Below, one piece after another: positions 47,562 to 56,694 of a stretch of DNA of 64,000 bases. The stretch covers positions 8,767 to 72,766 of the forward strand of contig JBBIKX010000001.1 of the NCBI GenBank assembly GCA_037445205.1, given 5' to 3'. The translations under genes were made by a program, and so were the position numbers. Under the pieces are notes generated by a model. The model made no database searches. It had not been told where the DNA came from and was given only the letters and a program-made list of their open reading frames with translations. This DNA is from Candidatus Wildermuthbacteria bacterium. GTDB taxonomy: Bacteria; Patescibacteriota; Minisyncoccia; Minisyncoccales; PEYH01. The stretch's first letter is position 1, and the number at the start of each line of letters is the position of its first letter.

Positions 47562-49058
47562 ATGAGCTATATTGTTAAAATAATATTTTTTTGGAAAAGA
47601 ATTTATTTGCTGATAATGATTATCTGTTTTTCTTTATTCGCAGAGTTTGCGTTGGCAGAAGAAATTAAACAAGAAATATATGTCCCCAAAATAGAAATAG
47701 GCGATGGAATTACTCATTTAGCCAGAAAAACAATAATTGAATTTATAAAAAGAGAGGGTATTGACCCCAGAATTACGGTTCCGCACTTGGTTTATATTGA
47801 GGATCGTCTTGCGATAGAAAAAGGAAAGAAAACTATTTATTTAAAAGATTTTTCGCCAATAAATTTTTCCAGTGAAGAAATATCTAGGGCGATAAATAAA
47901 GCGTTGCTGCTTAACGAAAAGCAGATTTTAAGCTTAGAGCACTACGCTCTGTCCGTAAGCGCATATTTTGACTTAATAGTTAATAATAAGTTGCGGTTTA
48001 ATATAAAAAAAATTTCCGATTATAATTTGCCCCAGATAACCGGATTAGGATATCGCTTTATTGTTTACAAAGACAATATTTTTTTATTAGACATAGAGAA
48101 AAAAATAATGATTTTAGATATAGCGAATTCTAAAACCCCGAAGTTAATTGCCGAATTTTCTCCACCCCCTGGGGCTCGATGTAATAATCTTGCCTCTCTA
48201 CAAGACAATTTGATCGCTCTTTTTTGCTGGAATTCTTTTTCCGAGAGAATAATCTATTTTCTCGAGGTAGACAATCCTTTTGATTTGAAAATTATTTCAG
48301 AGTATAAGTTCGGCAAGGGAAATCTTATGGGAAATGCCGCTATAAAAGATTCTTTGCTTTTTTTGAGCGATTATAATCTATTTGAGGCAATAGACGTAGG
48401 CGATATTAAAACACCAAAATTAATTTTTAAACATGAATTTGATGATAGCTTTGAGCCGGTGAATATAACAAAAAAAGATAATCTTTTAATAGTCGGCTAT
48501 GATAAAAACTCTCCCCAGATCTTATGGTTGTTTGATGCCAAAAATTTTGAAATAAAAGAATTAGAAATACAAAACGAGAAAGCGATAAAACATCGCTATT
48601 TTTGGAGAAGCAGGGAAGGAAAAAACTGGCTCTTGGGTTCGCCCAGTATTTATTATTATTTTCCTTCATTGCTATTTATCAACTCCAAGGATATTTCTTT
48701 GGGAAAAAATAGCGGAATCTTGAACGTTAAGCCCTTTGAATTTCAATGTCCTTTATTAGAAAATCCAATTTTTGACTATGATAGCAAAGATGATGTCGTA
48801 TATCTTTATGTTCGCAGCCGCTATTTGAGAGACCCGACAAACAATATAACAGAATGTTGTGATGAGAATCTTTATATTTTGGATTTTAATGCTATTGGAG
48901 AAGAGCCACTAAAAGAGATTATAAATATCGGAAAATCCCCAGTTCTATTTAAAAATATGAACCTACAAAAGAGTAGATTATTTACTGTAACCGACTCCTT
49001 AACGACTTCTTGGCAAAAACTGGAAATTTATCAATTAATAAAAACTATCCATCCTTGA
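47562..49058 (+). CDS. Secreted beta-propeller protein with LVIVD-like repeats
   Basis: 498 aa; N-terminal TM/signal; repeated ...D(I/V)xxxKTPKLI... blades. Confidence 0.7.
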   Translation: MSYIVKIIFFWKRIYLLIMIICFSLFAEFALAEEIKQEIYVPKIEIGDGITHLARKTIIEFIKREGIDPRITVPHLVYIEDRLAIEKGKKTIYLKDFSPINFSSEEISRAINKALLLNEKQILSLEHYALSVSAYFDLIVNNKLRFNIKKISDYNLPQITGLGYRFIVYKDNIFLLDIEKKIMILDIANSKTPKLIAEFSPPPGARCNNLASLQDNLIALFCWNSFSERIIYFLEVDNPFDLKIISEYKFGKGNLMGNAAIKDSLLFLSDYNLFEAIDVGDIKTPKLIFKHEFDDSFEPVNITKKDNLLIVGYDKNSPQILWLFDAKNFEIKELEIQNEKAIKHRYFWRSREGKNWLLGSPSIYYYFPSLLFINSKDISLGKNSGILNVKPFEFQCPLLENPIFDYDSKDDVVYLYVRSRYLRDPTNNITECCDENLYILDFNAIGEEPLKEIINIGKSPVLFKNMNLQKSRLFTVTDSLTTSWQKLEIYQLIKTIHP

Positions 49059-49092
49059 CAGGGAATAAAAGAGGGATTATTCTAAAGCAATA

Positions 49093-49114
49093 AGCCCCAA
49101 AAAAGGGCTTTTAA
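49093..49114 (+). terminator. Intrinsic terminator (AGCCC/GGGCT plus T-run)
   Basis: Short hairpin and TTTT after the LVIVD gene. Confidence 0.5.
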
Positions 49115-49163
49115 AAAATGCGTTTATCGTCCTAAATTCCCCCTAGATTCTTTTAATAAAAAT

Positions 49164-49364
49164 ATGAATTTCTCATCTTTTCCCAAAAAGATCCTTAATT
49201 ATTTCAAAGAGGTCAAAACAGAAACAAAAAAAGTCAATTGGCCTACAAAAAAAGAAGCGACTAAATACACCTTAATTGTTATTGCTGTTATTGTTGTTGT
49301 TTCTGTCTTTCTGGGCTTTTTGGACATTATTTTTACCCTTATTTTAGATAAATTCATTTTTTAA
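49164..49364 (+). CDS. secE: Preprotein translocase subunit SecE
   Basis: 66 aa; single C-terminal TM; precedes nusG. Confidence 0.85.
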   Translation: MNFSSFPKKILNYFKEVKTETKKVNWPTKKEATKYTLIVIAVIVVVSVFLGFLDIIFTLILDKFIF

Positions 49365-49367
49365 ACT

Positions 49368-49913
49368 ATGCCCAAGCAACAATTGCCCGAACAGCGAAAA
49401 TGGTACGCAATCCACACATATTCGGGATATGAAGATGCGGTTTCAAGAAATCTCAAGCAGAGGATTGAGTCTTTGGGAATGGAAGATAAAATTTTCAGCG
49501 TTCTGGTTCCCAAAGAAAAAAAAATTAAAATTAAGAACGGAAAACGATATTCCATTGAAGAAAAAATTTATCCGGGATATGTTTTGGTAGAAATGATTGT
49601 CACAGACGATTCTTGGTATGTGGTCAGAAACACTCCCAATGTTACGGGATTCGTCGGCGCTGGCACTACGCCCGTGCCTCTTTCCGAAGAGGAAATATCG
49701 GTTCTGAAAAATAGGATGGAGGGAGAGACGCCCAAATACCAGATAAGTTTTAAAATAAGCGACCATGTAAAAATTATTGATGGCCCTTTCAAAGATTACG
49801 AAGGAAAGGTTTCAGAAATAAATCAAGACGAGGGAAAAATTAAGGTAATGATAAATCTATTTGGAAGAGATACGCCAGTTGAATTAGATTCCCTGCAAGC
49901 CAAAAAAATATGA
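49368..49913 (+). CDS. nusG: Transcription antitermination factor NusG
   Basis: 181 aa; NGN and KOW domains. Confidence 0.93.
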   Translation: MPKQQLPEQRKWYAIHTYSGYEDAVSRNLKQRIESLGMEDKIFSVLVPKEKKIKIKNGKRYSIEEKIYPGYVLVEMIVTDDSWYVVRNTPNVTGFVGAGTTPVPLSEEEISVLKNRMEGETPKYQISFKISDHVKIIDGPFKDYEGKVSEINQDEGKIKVMINLFGRDTPVELDSLQAKKI

Positions 49914-49990
49914 TTCCCGCCTTCGGCAGGACCCCGTCTTTCTCTAACGAGAAATTATGATTCCCGCCTTCGGCAGGACCCCGTCTTTCT
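49909..49990 (+). repeat. Tandem direct repeat: 35-nt unit TATGATTCCCGCCTTCGGCAGGACCCCGTCTTTCT x2 (period 47 nt) in the nusG-rplK spacer
   Basis: Copies at 49909-49943 and 49956-49990; each opens a mini-[14 protein letters not shown]... Confidence 0.7.
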
Positions 49991-50006
49991 AAAAACTTTA
50001 AAAATT

Positions 50007-50429
50007 ATGAAAAAAATACAAACAAAAGTTAAACTCCATATCGCCGCCGCTCAGGCTAATCCCGCCCCTCCTATCGGTCCCGCCCTTGCGCAACACGGAA
50101 TAAACATCGCTGACTTTTGCCAGAAGTTTAATGCCGCAACTAAAAATCTGGCAGGTTATCAGATTCCTGTTGAAATATCAATATACGAGGACAGGACTTT
50201 TAATTTTAAAATAAAACAGCCCCTTGTCAGCGATCTTTTAAAAAAGGCAGCGGGCATTGAGAAAGGGTCGGGCGAGCCGAATAAAATTAAGGCTGGAATA
50301 ATCACCAAAGAGCAGTTAAAAGAGATTGCCCAGAAGAAATTAGACGATTTAAACACAAAAAACATTGATGCCGCAATGAAAATTATTGAAGGACAGGCAA
50401 GATCAATGGGAATTGAAATTAAAAATTAG
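50007..50429 (+). CDS. rplK: 50S ribosomal protein L11
   Basis: 140 aa; [14 protein letters not shown] motif. Confidence 0.95.
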   Translation: MKKIQTKVKLHIAAAQANPAPPIGPALAQHGINIADFCQKFNAATKNLAGYQIPVEISIYEDRTFNFKIKQPLVSDLLKKAAGIEKGSGEPNKIKAGIITKEQLKEIAQKKLDDLNTKNIDAAMKIIEGQARSMGIEIKN

Positions 50430-50434
50430 TTTTT

Positions 50435-51265
50435 ATGACCCAGTTTGACGAGCAGTATAAACAAGCAATCTGGGAAGTAATGAACGGAGGTACGGAAATT
50501 TACAGCGCAAGACAGAAATGTCATACCAAAGCTTTTCCGGGCATAACCTTTAATTTAGACAAAGGATTTCCTCTGCTTACTTTGAGAAAAATTCCTGTTA
50601 AAATTTTTGTCGCTGAACAATTCTGGTTTTTGATGGGCGAAAAAGACCCCAAGGTTTTTTTAAAAAAATTTACTGCCATATGGGATGATTTTGCCGATCA
50701 AAATGGATTAGTTTTGGGCGCTTATGGCTATCGCTGGAGGAAGCATTTTGGGAAAGATCAAATAGCCAATTTGTTGAGCCTTCTTTCCCAGGATCCAAGT
50801 TCGCGTCACGGAGTTGTGGTGGCGTGGGATCCCTCAGACGACATCAGGACCCTTGATTCAAAAAAGAAAAACGTTCCCTGCCCCTATACTTTCACTGTTA
50901 ATATTATCGGCAATAAGCTTCATATTCATATTATTATAAGGTCAAACGATATGATTCTTGGCTGTCCTCACGATATTGCGGGATTTGCGCTTTTGCAAAG
51001 GATTTTGGCCGGAAAGCTGGGGGTAAAGACAGGAAAGCTTACTTGTTCCATCAGCAATGCCCACATTTACGATATTCATTACAATGCGGCATGGGAGATG
51101 CTTGAAAGAAAAAACAATCATCCCGAAATTATTTTGGACGCAGAAGAAAATTGGTTTGACAGGGCGGAGAAGGGAGATGAATCGCTTGCTCAAGAAATTA
51201 TAGATACCATTGCAAGACAATATAGCCCGATGAATCCCATTAAGGGCTTAAAAATTATTTTATAA
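50435..51265 (+). CDS. thyA: Thymidylate synthase (ThyA type)
   Basis: 276 aa; folate-dependent TS motifs. Confidence 0.93.
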   Translation: MTQFDEQYKQAIWEVMNGGTEIYSARQKCHTKAFPGITFNLDKGFPLLTLRKIPVKIFVAEQFWFLMGEKDPKVFLKKFTAIWDDFADQNGLVLGAYGYRWRKHFGKDQIANLLSLLSQDPSSRHGVVVAWDPSDDIRTLDSKKKNVPCPYTFTVNIIGNKLHIHIIIRSNDMILGCPHDIAGFALLQRILAGKLGVKTGKLTCSISNAHIYDIHYNAAWEMLERKNNHPEIILDAEENWFDRAEKGDESLAQEIIDTIARQYSPMNPIKGLKIIL

Positions 51266-51270
51266 ATTAT

Positions 51271-51777
51271 ATGAAAATAATTTTAGTAATGGCAATCACG
51301 CTTGATGGGAAAATTGCCAAGACAAAAGACCATTTTCCAAACTGGACGTCAAAGGAGGATAAAAACTTCTTTGCCAAAATTTCAAAAAAGCACAAGGTCG
51401 TCTTAATGGGAAAGAACACTTTTGATACCTTCAAAAAACCGCTCAAAGACAGATTAAATGTGGTTTTTACAAATAAAAAAAATCTGGCGAAGATAAAAAA
51501 TGTAATGTGGGTTTCGGGCAAAATAAGTCCGATTTTAAAAAAGCTGGAAAAGAGGGGATATAAATCGGCGGTTCTTGGCGGAGGAGCAATGTTGAACGCA
51601 GAGTTCTTAAAGGAAAAATTGATAGATGAGGTTATAGTCACAATCAATCCCAAAATCTTTGGGCGAGGGATATCTTTGTTTGAAGGAGATTTTGATATTG
51701 ATTTAAAACTTTTAAAAGTGGAAAATATTAATAAAGATACGATAGCTCTTCGTTATAGGCCGGTGTTTTGTAATTAA
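51271..51777 (+). CDS. folA: Dihydrofolate reductase
   Basis: 168 aa; MKIILVMAITLDGKIA N-terminus; adjacent to thyA. Confidence 0.85.
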   Translation: MKIILVMAITLDGKIAKTKDHFPNWTSKEDKNFFAKISKKHKVVLMGKNTFDTFKKPLKDRLNVVFTNKKNLAKIKNVMWVSGKISPILKKLEKRGYKSAVLGGGAMLNAEFLKEKLIDEVIVTINPKIFGRGISLFEGDFDIDLKLLKVENINKDTIALRYRPVFCN

Positions 51778-51786
51778 ATTAAAAAT

Positions 51787-52443
51787 ATGCCCCTATCAAA
51801 ACCTGAAATCATAAAATCCATCCAAGAAGAGAAAATTAAATTTGAACCGTCTCTTGATAAATTTCAGCTTCAGCCCCATTCCATTGATTTGCGGCTTGGT
51901 TGGAATTTTTATATACCAAAAAACTGGGCAATCACGGAAAAGGGAAGGGTTGGCGTAAGTATTGATTATTTGGACACGCAATCCCAAAAAGACAACTTTG
52001 ATTTAATCAAATTAAAACCCGGTCAGTATTTTGAAATTTTGCCAAAAGAATTCATTATTGCTTCGACAATGGAAAAGGTGGTTATAGAAGCCGATAAGCT
52101 AATGGCATTGTTGTATCCCAGAAGCTCTTTTACAAGAAAAGGGTTGTTCATTGCCAGCGGAATCGTTGATGTAAAATACAGCGGATATCTGGCTCTTTCA
52201 GTGATAAACAATACAGAAACCCAGATTATAAGGCTATATCCGGGCGAAAGAGTGTGCCAGCTGGTCTTTCATTTTTTAAGCTCTGCTTTGTCGCCAGAAG
52301 AGGCAATTAAGCACGGGATAAGCGATTCCAAATATTTAAAAGCGGCTCCTTATTCTCTTGAGGCAAAAAGCGACAATCAGGAAGAAATAGATCTAATCAG
52401 ATTTGGAAAGATTGGCGAATTGAAAGAAAAATTCAAATTATAA
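51787..52443 (+). CDS. dcd: dCTP deaminase
   Basis: 218 aa; dUTPase-like fold. Confidence 0.9.
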   Translation: MPLSKPEIIKSIQEEKIKFEPSLDKFQLQPHSIDLRLGWNFYIPKNWAITEKGRVGVSIDYLDTQSQKDNFDLIKLKPGQYFEILPKEFIIASTMEKVVIEADKLMALLYPRSSFTRKGLFIASGIVDVKYSGYLALSVINNTETQIIRLYPGERVCQLVFHFLSSALSPEEAIKHGISDSKYLKAAPYSLEAKSDNQEEIDLIRFGKIGELKEKFKL

Positions 52444-52449
52444 AAGCCG

Positions 52450-52908
52450 ATGGGAAAAGAAGGAATAAAATATCCCTATTTGCCGGAAGCAAGAGAAATA
52501 AAATTTGTTTCAGAAAAAAATATTTTTATCAGGGAGGCGAAGAAAATTTGCAAAAAGAAAGGATGCATTGCGCATCCAACAGGGGCGGTTTTGGTCAAAA
52601 AGAATAAAATCATAGGGAAGGGGACTAACGCCGCAAAAAAAATAAAAGATTGTCCAAGGGCTTTGAAAAAAAGCAAGACCGGCCAAGATTATCATTTATG
52701 CAAAAAAATTTGCCTGCAGGAAGGACACGCAGAAGCGATGGCGATTAAAAGCGCAAAAGAAAAAAAGGAGAAAATCAGAGGAGCAGATTTATATCTTTAT
52801 GGCCATTGGTGGTGCTGTAAAGATTGTTGGGATAAAATCATCAAAGAAGGGATAGGAGAGGTTTATTTAATTGAAAACGCTTTTGATAAATTTCATAAGC
52901 GAATATGA
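52450..52908 (+). CDS. Deoxycytidylate (dCMP) deaminase, CDA zinc family
   Basis: 152 aa; HAEAMAI and CCKDC zinc ligands. Confidence 0.8.
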   Translation: MGKEGIKYPYLPEAREIKFVSEKNIFIREAKKICKKKGCIAHPTGAVLVKKNKIIGKGTNAAKKIKDCPRALKKSKTGQDYHLCKKICLQEGHAEAMAIKSAKEKKEKIRGADLYLYGHWWCCKDCWDKIIKEGIGEVYLIENAFDKFHKRI

Positions 52909-53540
52909 AAAAAAATCCTTATCTTGGAAAATTCATAGTTTTTGAAGGGCTGGACGGGTCCGGACAAAGCACCCAAGCATCAAAACTGGTGGATTATTTC
53001 AATGAAAAAAACCAGATATTTAAATTTGGGCATACCGGAGCGCATCTTACCAAAGAGCCGACATCCGGAATTATTGGAGGATTAATCAGGGGCCAGCTAT
53101 CTTTTGACTGGAAATCTTCTCAAGAATGCCTCCAGCTTTTATTTGCGGCAGATCGGGCGTACCATCTAGAAAAGGAGATTTTGCCTCTTTTGGAAATGGG
53201 CGTAACGGTGGTTTGCGATCGTTATTTTTTTTCTTCTTGCGCCTTCGGGGCGCTGGAGGCCGATCAGGAATGGCTTTTAAAAATCAATGAAAAGTTTCTT
53301 TTGCCTGATTTGATATTCCTGCTTGCTGTTTCTCCCAAAATCTGCATTGAAAGAATAAAAAGAAATCGTTTTGAAATAAATCTTTTTGAAAACGAAGAAA
53401 TATTAAAAAATGTGTGGGAGAAATACTTGATATTGGCACATCAAAATAAAAACACGCATATTATAGACGGGGAACGGCCGATCAATGAGATTTTTGAGGA
53501 GATTAAAGAAATAACTGATAGGAAATTTAACCAACGATGA
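52905..53540 (+). CDS. tmk: Thymidylate kinase
   Basis: 211 aa; FIVFEGLDGSGQSTQ P-loop. Confidence 0.9.
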   Translation: MKKNPYLGKFIVFEGLDGSGQSTQASKLVDYFNEKNQIFKFGHTGAHLTKEPTSGIIGGLIRGQLSFDWKSSQECLQLLFAADRAYHLEKEILPLLEMGVTVVCDRYFFSSCAFGALEADQEWLLKINEKFLLPDLIFLLAVSPKICIERIKRNRFEINLFENEEILKNVWEKYLILAHQNKNTHIIDGERPINEIFEEIKEITDRKFNQR

Positions 53541-55024
53541 TAAATTCATCAAAAAAATATATTCCCGTCATCGGGCTTGAAATACATACGGAATTAAAAA
53601 CTAATTCCAAAATGTTTTGCGGGTGCAAAAACGATTCGCAGGAAAAAGAAGCGAATTTGAATATTTGTCCTGTTTGCATGGGTCATCCCGGCACTCTCCC
53701 CGTTATAAACAAAACAGCGATTCGTTTTGTCATAAAAACAGGGATTGCTCTGAATTGTAAAATTACAAAAGAGTCGCGATTTGAAAGAAAAAATTATTTT
53801 TATCCCGATCTTCCAAAAGGATATCAGATTTCTCAATACAAAGAGCCGTTTTGTTTTAATGGCTTTTTAAAAATAAATAATAAAAAAATAAGAATTAGAA
53901 GGGTTCATTTGGAAGAAGATACTGCCCGCCTGATACACTCCAAAAATGGATATTCGCTGATTGATTTCAACCGCGCCGGCATTCCTTTAATGGAGCTTGT
54001 AACGGAGCCGGACATAGAATCTTCTAAAGAGGCATCAGACTTCGCAAAAAAACTTCAGTTGATCCTGAGATATTTAAATGTTTCCAGCGCTGACATGGAA
54101 AAAGGGCAATTGAGAGTGGAGGCAAATATTTCATTAATAAACGCAAATTTTAAAGCAAAAAACGCAAAACTAGGAACAAAGGTGGAGATCAAAAATTTAA
54201 ATTCGTTTAGGGCAGTTGAGAGGGCGATAGAATATGAAATAGAAAGGCAAAAGGAGTTACTATTAAATGATGAGAGGGTGGCGCAGGAAACAAGAGGATG
54301 GGATCCTCAATCAGAAAGAACCTTTCCCCAGAGAGAAAAAGAAGAGGCGCATGATTACCGCTACTTTCCAGAGCCGGATTTGCCCCAGATTTATATAAAA
54401 AAAGACTATCTGGAGGCGATAAAAAAAGGAATTCCCGAACTTCCCGATCAAAAAATAAAAAGATTAAAAGAAGAATTTTTTGTTAACGAACAATCAGCCC
54501 AGATTCTTGTCTCTAACAGAGATTTAAGCGAGTATTTTGAAAAATCGGCAAGCGAGCTTTTAAGATGGTCAAAAGACAAAAGATTAGATCAAAAGAGCCA
54601 AAAAGAATTGATACAGAGCGCCGCCAACTATCTTTTGACAGATTTACTCGGCTGTCTTTCAGGGAAAGAATTTTCAGAAAAAGATTTTCCCATAACGCCT
54701 GAAAATTTCGGAGAGTTTATCGCTCTTGTCCGCGATAAAAAATTCACAAGCAAAATGGCAAAAATTCTTTTAGGAGAGATGTTTGATTCCGGCCAAGATC
54801 CCTCAACCATAATAAAAAAAAGAGGATTAATCCAGACGGACAACGAAGATGAGATTAAAAAAATAGTGCAAAAAATAATTTCATCAAATCCTCGGGCATT
54901 TGAAGATTATAAAAAAGGAAAAGAAAATGCTCTTCAATTCATGATTGGACAAATGATGAAAGAAACTAAAGGCACTATAAATCCCCAGATGGCAAAGAAA
55001 GCGTTGATTGATTTTTTAAAATAA
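53537..55024 (+). CDS. gatB: Asp/Glu-tRNA amidotransferase subunit B
   Basis: 495 aa; IGLEIHTELKT...MFCGC N-terminus. Confidence 0.95.
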   Translation: MINSSKKYIPVIGLEIHTELKTNSKMFCGCKNDSQEKEANLNICPVCMGHPGTLPVINKTAIRFVIKTGIALNCKITKESRFERKNYFYPDLPKGYQISQYKEPFCFNGFLKINNKKIRIRRVHLEEDTARLIHSKNGYSLIDFNRAGIPLMELVTEPDIESSKEASDFAKKLQLILRYLNVSSADMEKGQLRVEANISLINANFKAKNAKLGTKVEIKNLNSFRAVERAIEYEIERQKELLLNDERVAQETRGWDPQSERTFPQREKEEAHDYRYFPEPDLPQIYIKKDYLEAIKKGIPELPDQKIKRLKEEFFVNEQSAQILVSNRDLSEYFEKSASELLRWSKDKRLDQKSQKELIQSAANYLLTDLLGCLSGKEFSEKDFPITPENFGEFIALVRDKKFTSKMAKILLGEMFDSGQDPSTIIKKRGLIQTDNEDEIKKIVQKIISSNPRAFEDYKKGKENALQFMIGQMMKETKGTINPQMAKKALIDFLK

Positions 55025-55135
55025 TATATAATACTTAAAATCCAGAATAAGGAGGTGGTCGCCGGGATACAGTCCAAAGAGGGCGAGGGGCGTTTTCGGA
55101 AGCAAAACCGGATCTTTCTTGCGAAAGGAGCATCG

Positions 55136-55333
55136 ATGCCAGCAGTAAATCTTGTTAACGTGGCGAGGTCATTGCCGGACGAAGAGGCGGAGAGGCTTTT
55201 GCTCATCGAGCAAAGCAATCCTGATTGCCTCAGGGCGCTTTTTGCGGTCGTTCTGAGCGCCGGAACGCTGGAAAAAGCTGTTCCTCTGATCCAACGAGTT
55301 CTTGCTGGCGCACCCTTGTTTCCGGGCGGATGA
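55136..55333 (+). CDS. GC-rich small hypothetical protein (65 aa), cassette C
   Basis: MPAVNLVNVARSLPDEEAERLLLIEQSNP...; AAAGGAG SD 7 nt upstream; second AAGGAGGTGG at 55050; shares locus with the miaA 3' end on the opposite strand. Confidence 0.45.
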   Translation: MPAVNLVNVARSLPDEEAERLLLIEQSNPDCLRALFAVVLSAGTLEKAVPLIQRVLAGAPLFPGG

Positions 55334-56341
55334 AACTGGATGGGGCTCCCTTCGGGAGCCCCCTTGTTTTGTTAAAAAAGTATTTATTATTTTTCTGGCT
55401 TTTTTTTTATCCCCAACCCAATTTACTCTTTTGTCTTTTTTAAACCAGGTTATTTGTCTTTTGGCGTAACTTTCAATTGCTTTTTGGAGCATTCCGACCA
55501 TTTCATCATAGCCAATTTTTTTTTGAAGATAGCAAGCAATATATCTGTATTCCAATCCAAATTCTTCAAGCCGTTTCCAGGAAACGCCGTCTTTTCTTAG
55601 CGCTCTGACCTCTTTTATCATCCCCTGATTTAATCTTTTGTATAGCCGTTTTCTGATTAAATTTTTTAGCTCTTTTTTTTCTTTCTTGATGCCGATAATG
55701 AGCAAATCAAACAATTGGCTTTTTTTTATGACGGGTACCGGTTTTTTTGATTTCAAAACTATTTCAATTGCCCGGATTAATCTGCGGGGATTTTTTTTAT
55801 CAATAATTTTTGCCCGCCGCGGGTCCAGTTTTTTTAACATTTGATAAAGCTGGTTTGGCAATTTTTTTTCCAGTTTTTTCCTTAATTTCCAGTCCGGCGG
55901 AATTTTTGGGATGACGATTCCGTCAACGACTGATTGAATATAGAATCCGGTGCCGCCGCAAAGAATGGGCAGCTTATTTCTCTTATGGATTTCCCTTATT
56001 TTTTTTAATGCCATTTTTTGATACTGGGCGACCGTAAATTTCCTTTTTGGAGAAGCAACATCCAAAAGATGATGTTGGATGCCTCTATAAAGATATGACT
56101 GTTTTGAAATTTGAGATTTAGGACTTGGAGTTTGTTTAGAAATTAGAAATTTGGAATTAGAAATTTTATCTCGTGGAACCTTCCCGGTTCCGATATCCAT
56201 TTTGCGATAAACCTGACGGGAATCGGCCGAAATCACCTCTCCGTTAAAATTTTTTGCCAGTGCTACCGCCAAATCGCTTTTTCCCGAAGCAGTGGGTCCA
56301 AGAATAACTAACAATATTTTTCGGTCCGTTTTTTTTGACAT
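55169..56341 (-). CDS. miaA: tRNA dimethylallyltransferase with about 75-aa aberrant C-terminal extension read through a GC-rich cassette
   Basis: 390 aa; ILGPTASGKSDLA P-loop; canonical C-terminus (...RQITWFKK...) reached about 75 aa before the stop. Confidence 0.88.
   Translation of the reverse strand: MSKKTDRKILLVILGPTASGKSDLAVALAKNFNGEVISADSRQVYRKMDIGTGKVPRDKISNSKFLISKQTPSPKSQISKQSYLYRGIQHHLLDVASPKRKFTVAQYQKMALKKIREIHKRNKLPILCGGTGFYIQSVVDGIVIPKIPPDWKLRKKLEKKLPNQLYQMLKKLDPRRAKIIDKKNPRRLIRAIEIVLKSKKPVPVIKKSQLFDLLIIGIKKEKKELKNLIRKRLYKRLNQGMIKEVRALRKDGVSWKRLEEFGLEYRYIACYLQKKIGYDEMVGMLQKAIESYAKRQITWFKKDKRVNWVGDKKKARKIINTFLTKQGGSRREPHPVSSARKQGCASKNSLDQRNSFFQRSGAQNDRKKRPEAIRIALLDEQKPLRLFVRQ
55342..55374 (+). 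terminator. Intrinsic terminator with UUCG tetraloop (GGGGCTCCC-TTCG-GGGAGCCCC plus CTTGTTTTGTT)
   Basis: 9-bp GC stem, TTCG loop, U-tract; lies inside the extended miaA reading frame on the other strand. Confidence 0.6.
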
Positions 56342-56387
56342 AATCCCAAGAATATTATATCATTATAAATCCCAAAAAGGAGGTGGT
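56335..56387 (+). promoter_or_regulatory. Promoter (TTGACA - 17 - TATCAT) plus conserved leader and AAGGAGGTGG for cassette B
   Basis: Consensus -35; leader ATATTATATCATTATAAATCCCAAAAAGGAGGTGG is near-identical to the cassette A leader. Confidence 0.45.
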
Positions 56388-56389
56388 TA

Positions 56390-56683
56390 ATGTCGTATTA
56401 TTTAGCAATAATGTTTATGTTGCTAAGCGCAGGCTTTGCAAGTGCGGGGTTTAGGGTGATCCGTTATGCCCTTCGAGGAAAGCTGACAGGCACTATGCTT
56501 GATAGAGGCATGATACTCGGTACTGTCATCGTGCTTGTTGGAGTGGGGCTCGCCACGATTCCCATCATCTTCCAGAGCGGGATAAGATGGTGGTGTCTTG
56601 CGCTGGCGCTTGTGGAGGCAGTGGTCTGTATTGGGCTCTGGATGCTGCATGTCTTCTCGTCTGCGTCAATGGATTCACCCTAA
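56390..56683 (+). CDS. GC-rich small membrane protein (3 TM), cassette B
   Basis: 97 aa; strong SD; about 50% GC; opposite orientation between miaB and miaA. Confidence 0.6.
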   Translation: MSYYLAIMFMLLSAGFASAGFRVIRYALRGKLTGTMLDRGMILGTVIVLVGVGLATIPIIFQSGIRWWCLALALVEAVVCIGLWMLHVFSSASMDSP

Positions 56684-56694
56684 GGCGTGGATTG

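Noticed and set aside
55055-55135. ORF-track start at GTG 55055 for the cassette C protein
   Set aside because: That GTG is inside the AAGGAGGTGG motif itself; the ATG at 55136 with an AAAGGAG 7 nt upstream is a far better start. The 55055 start is kept only as a possible leader.
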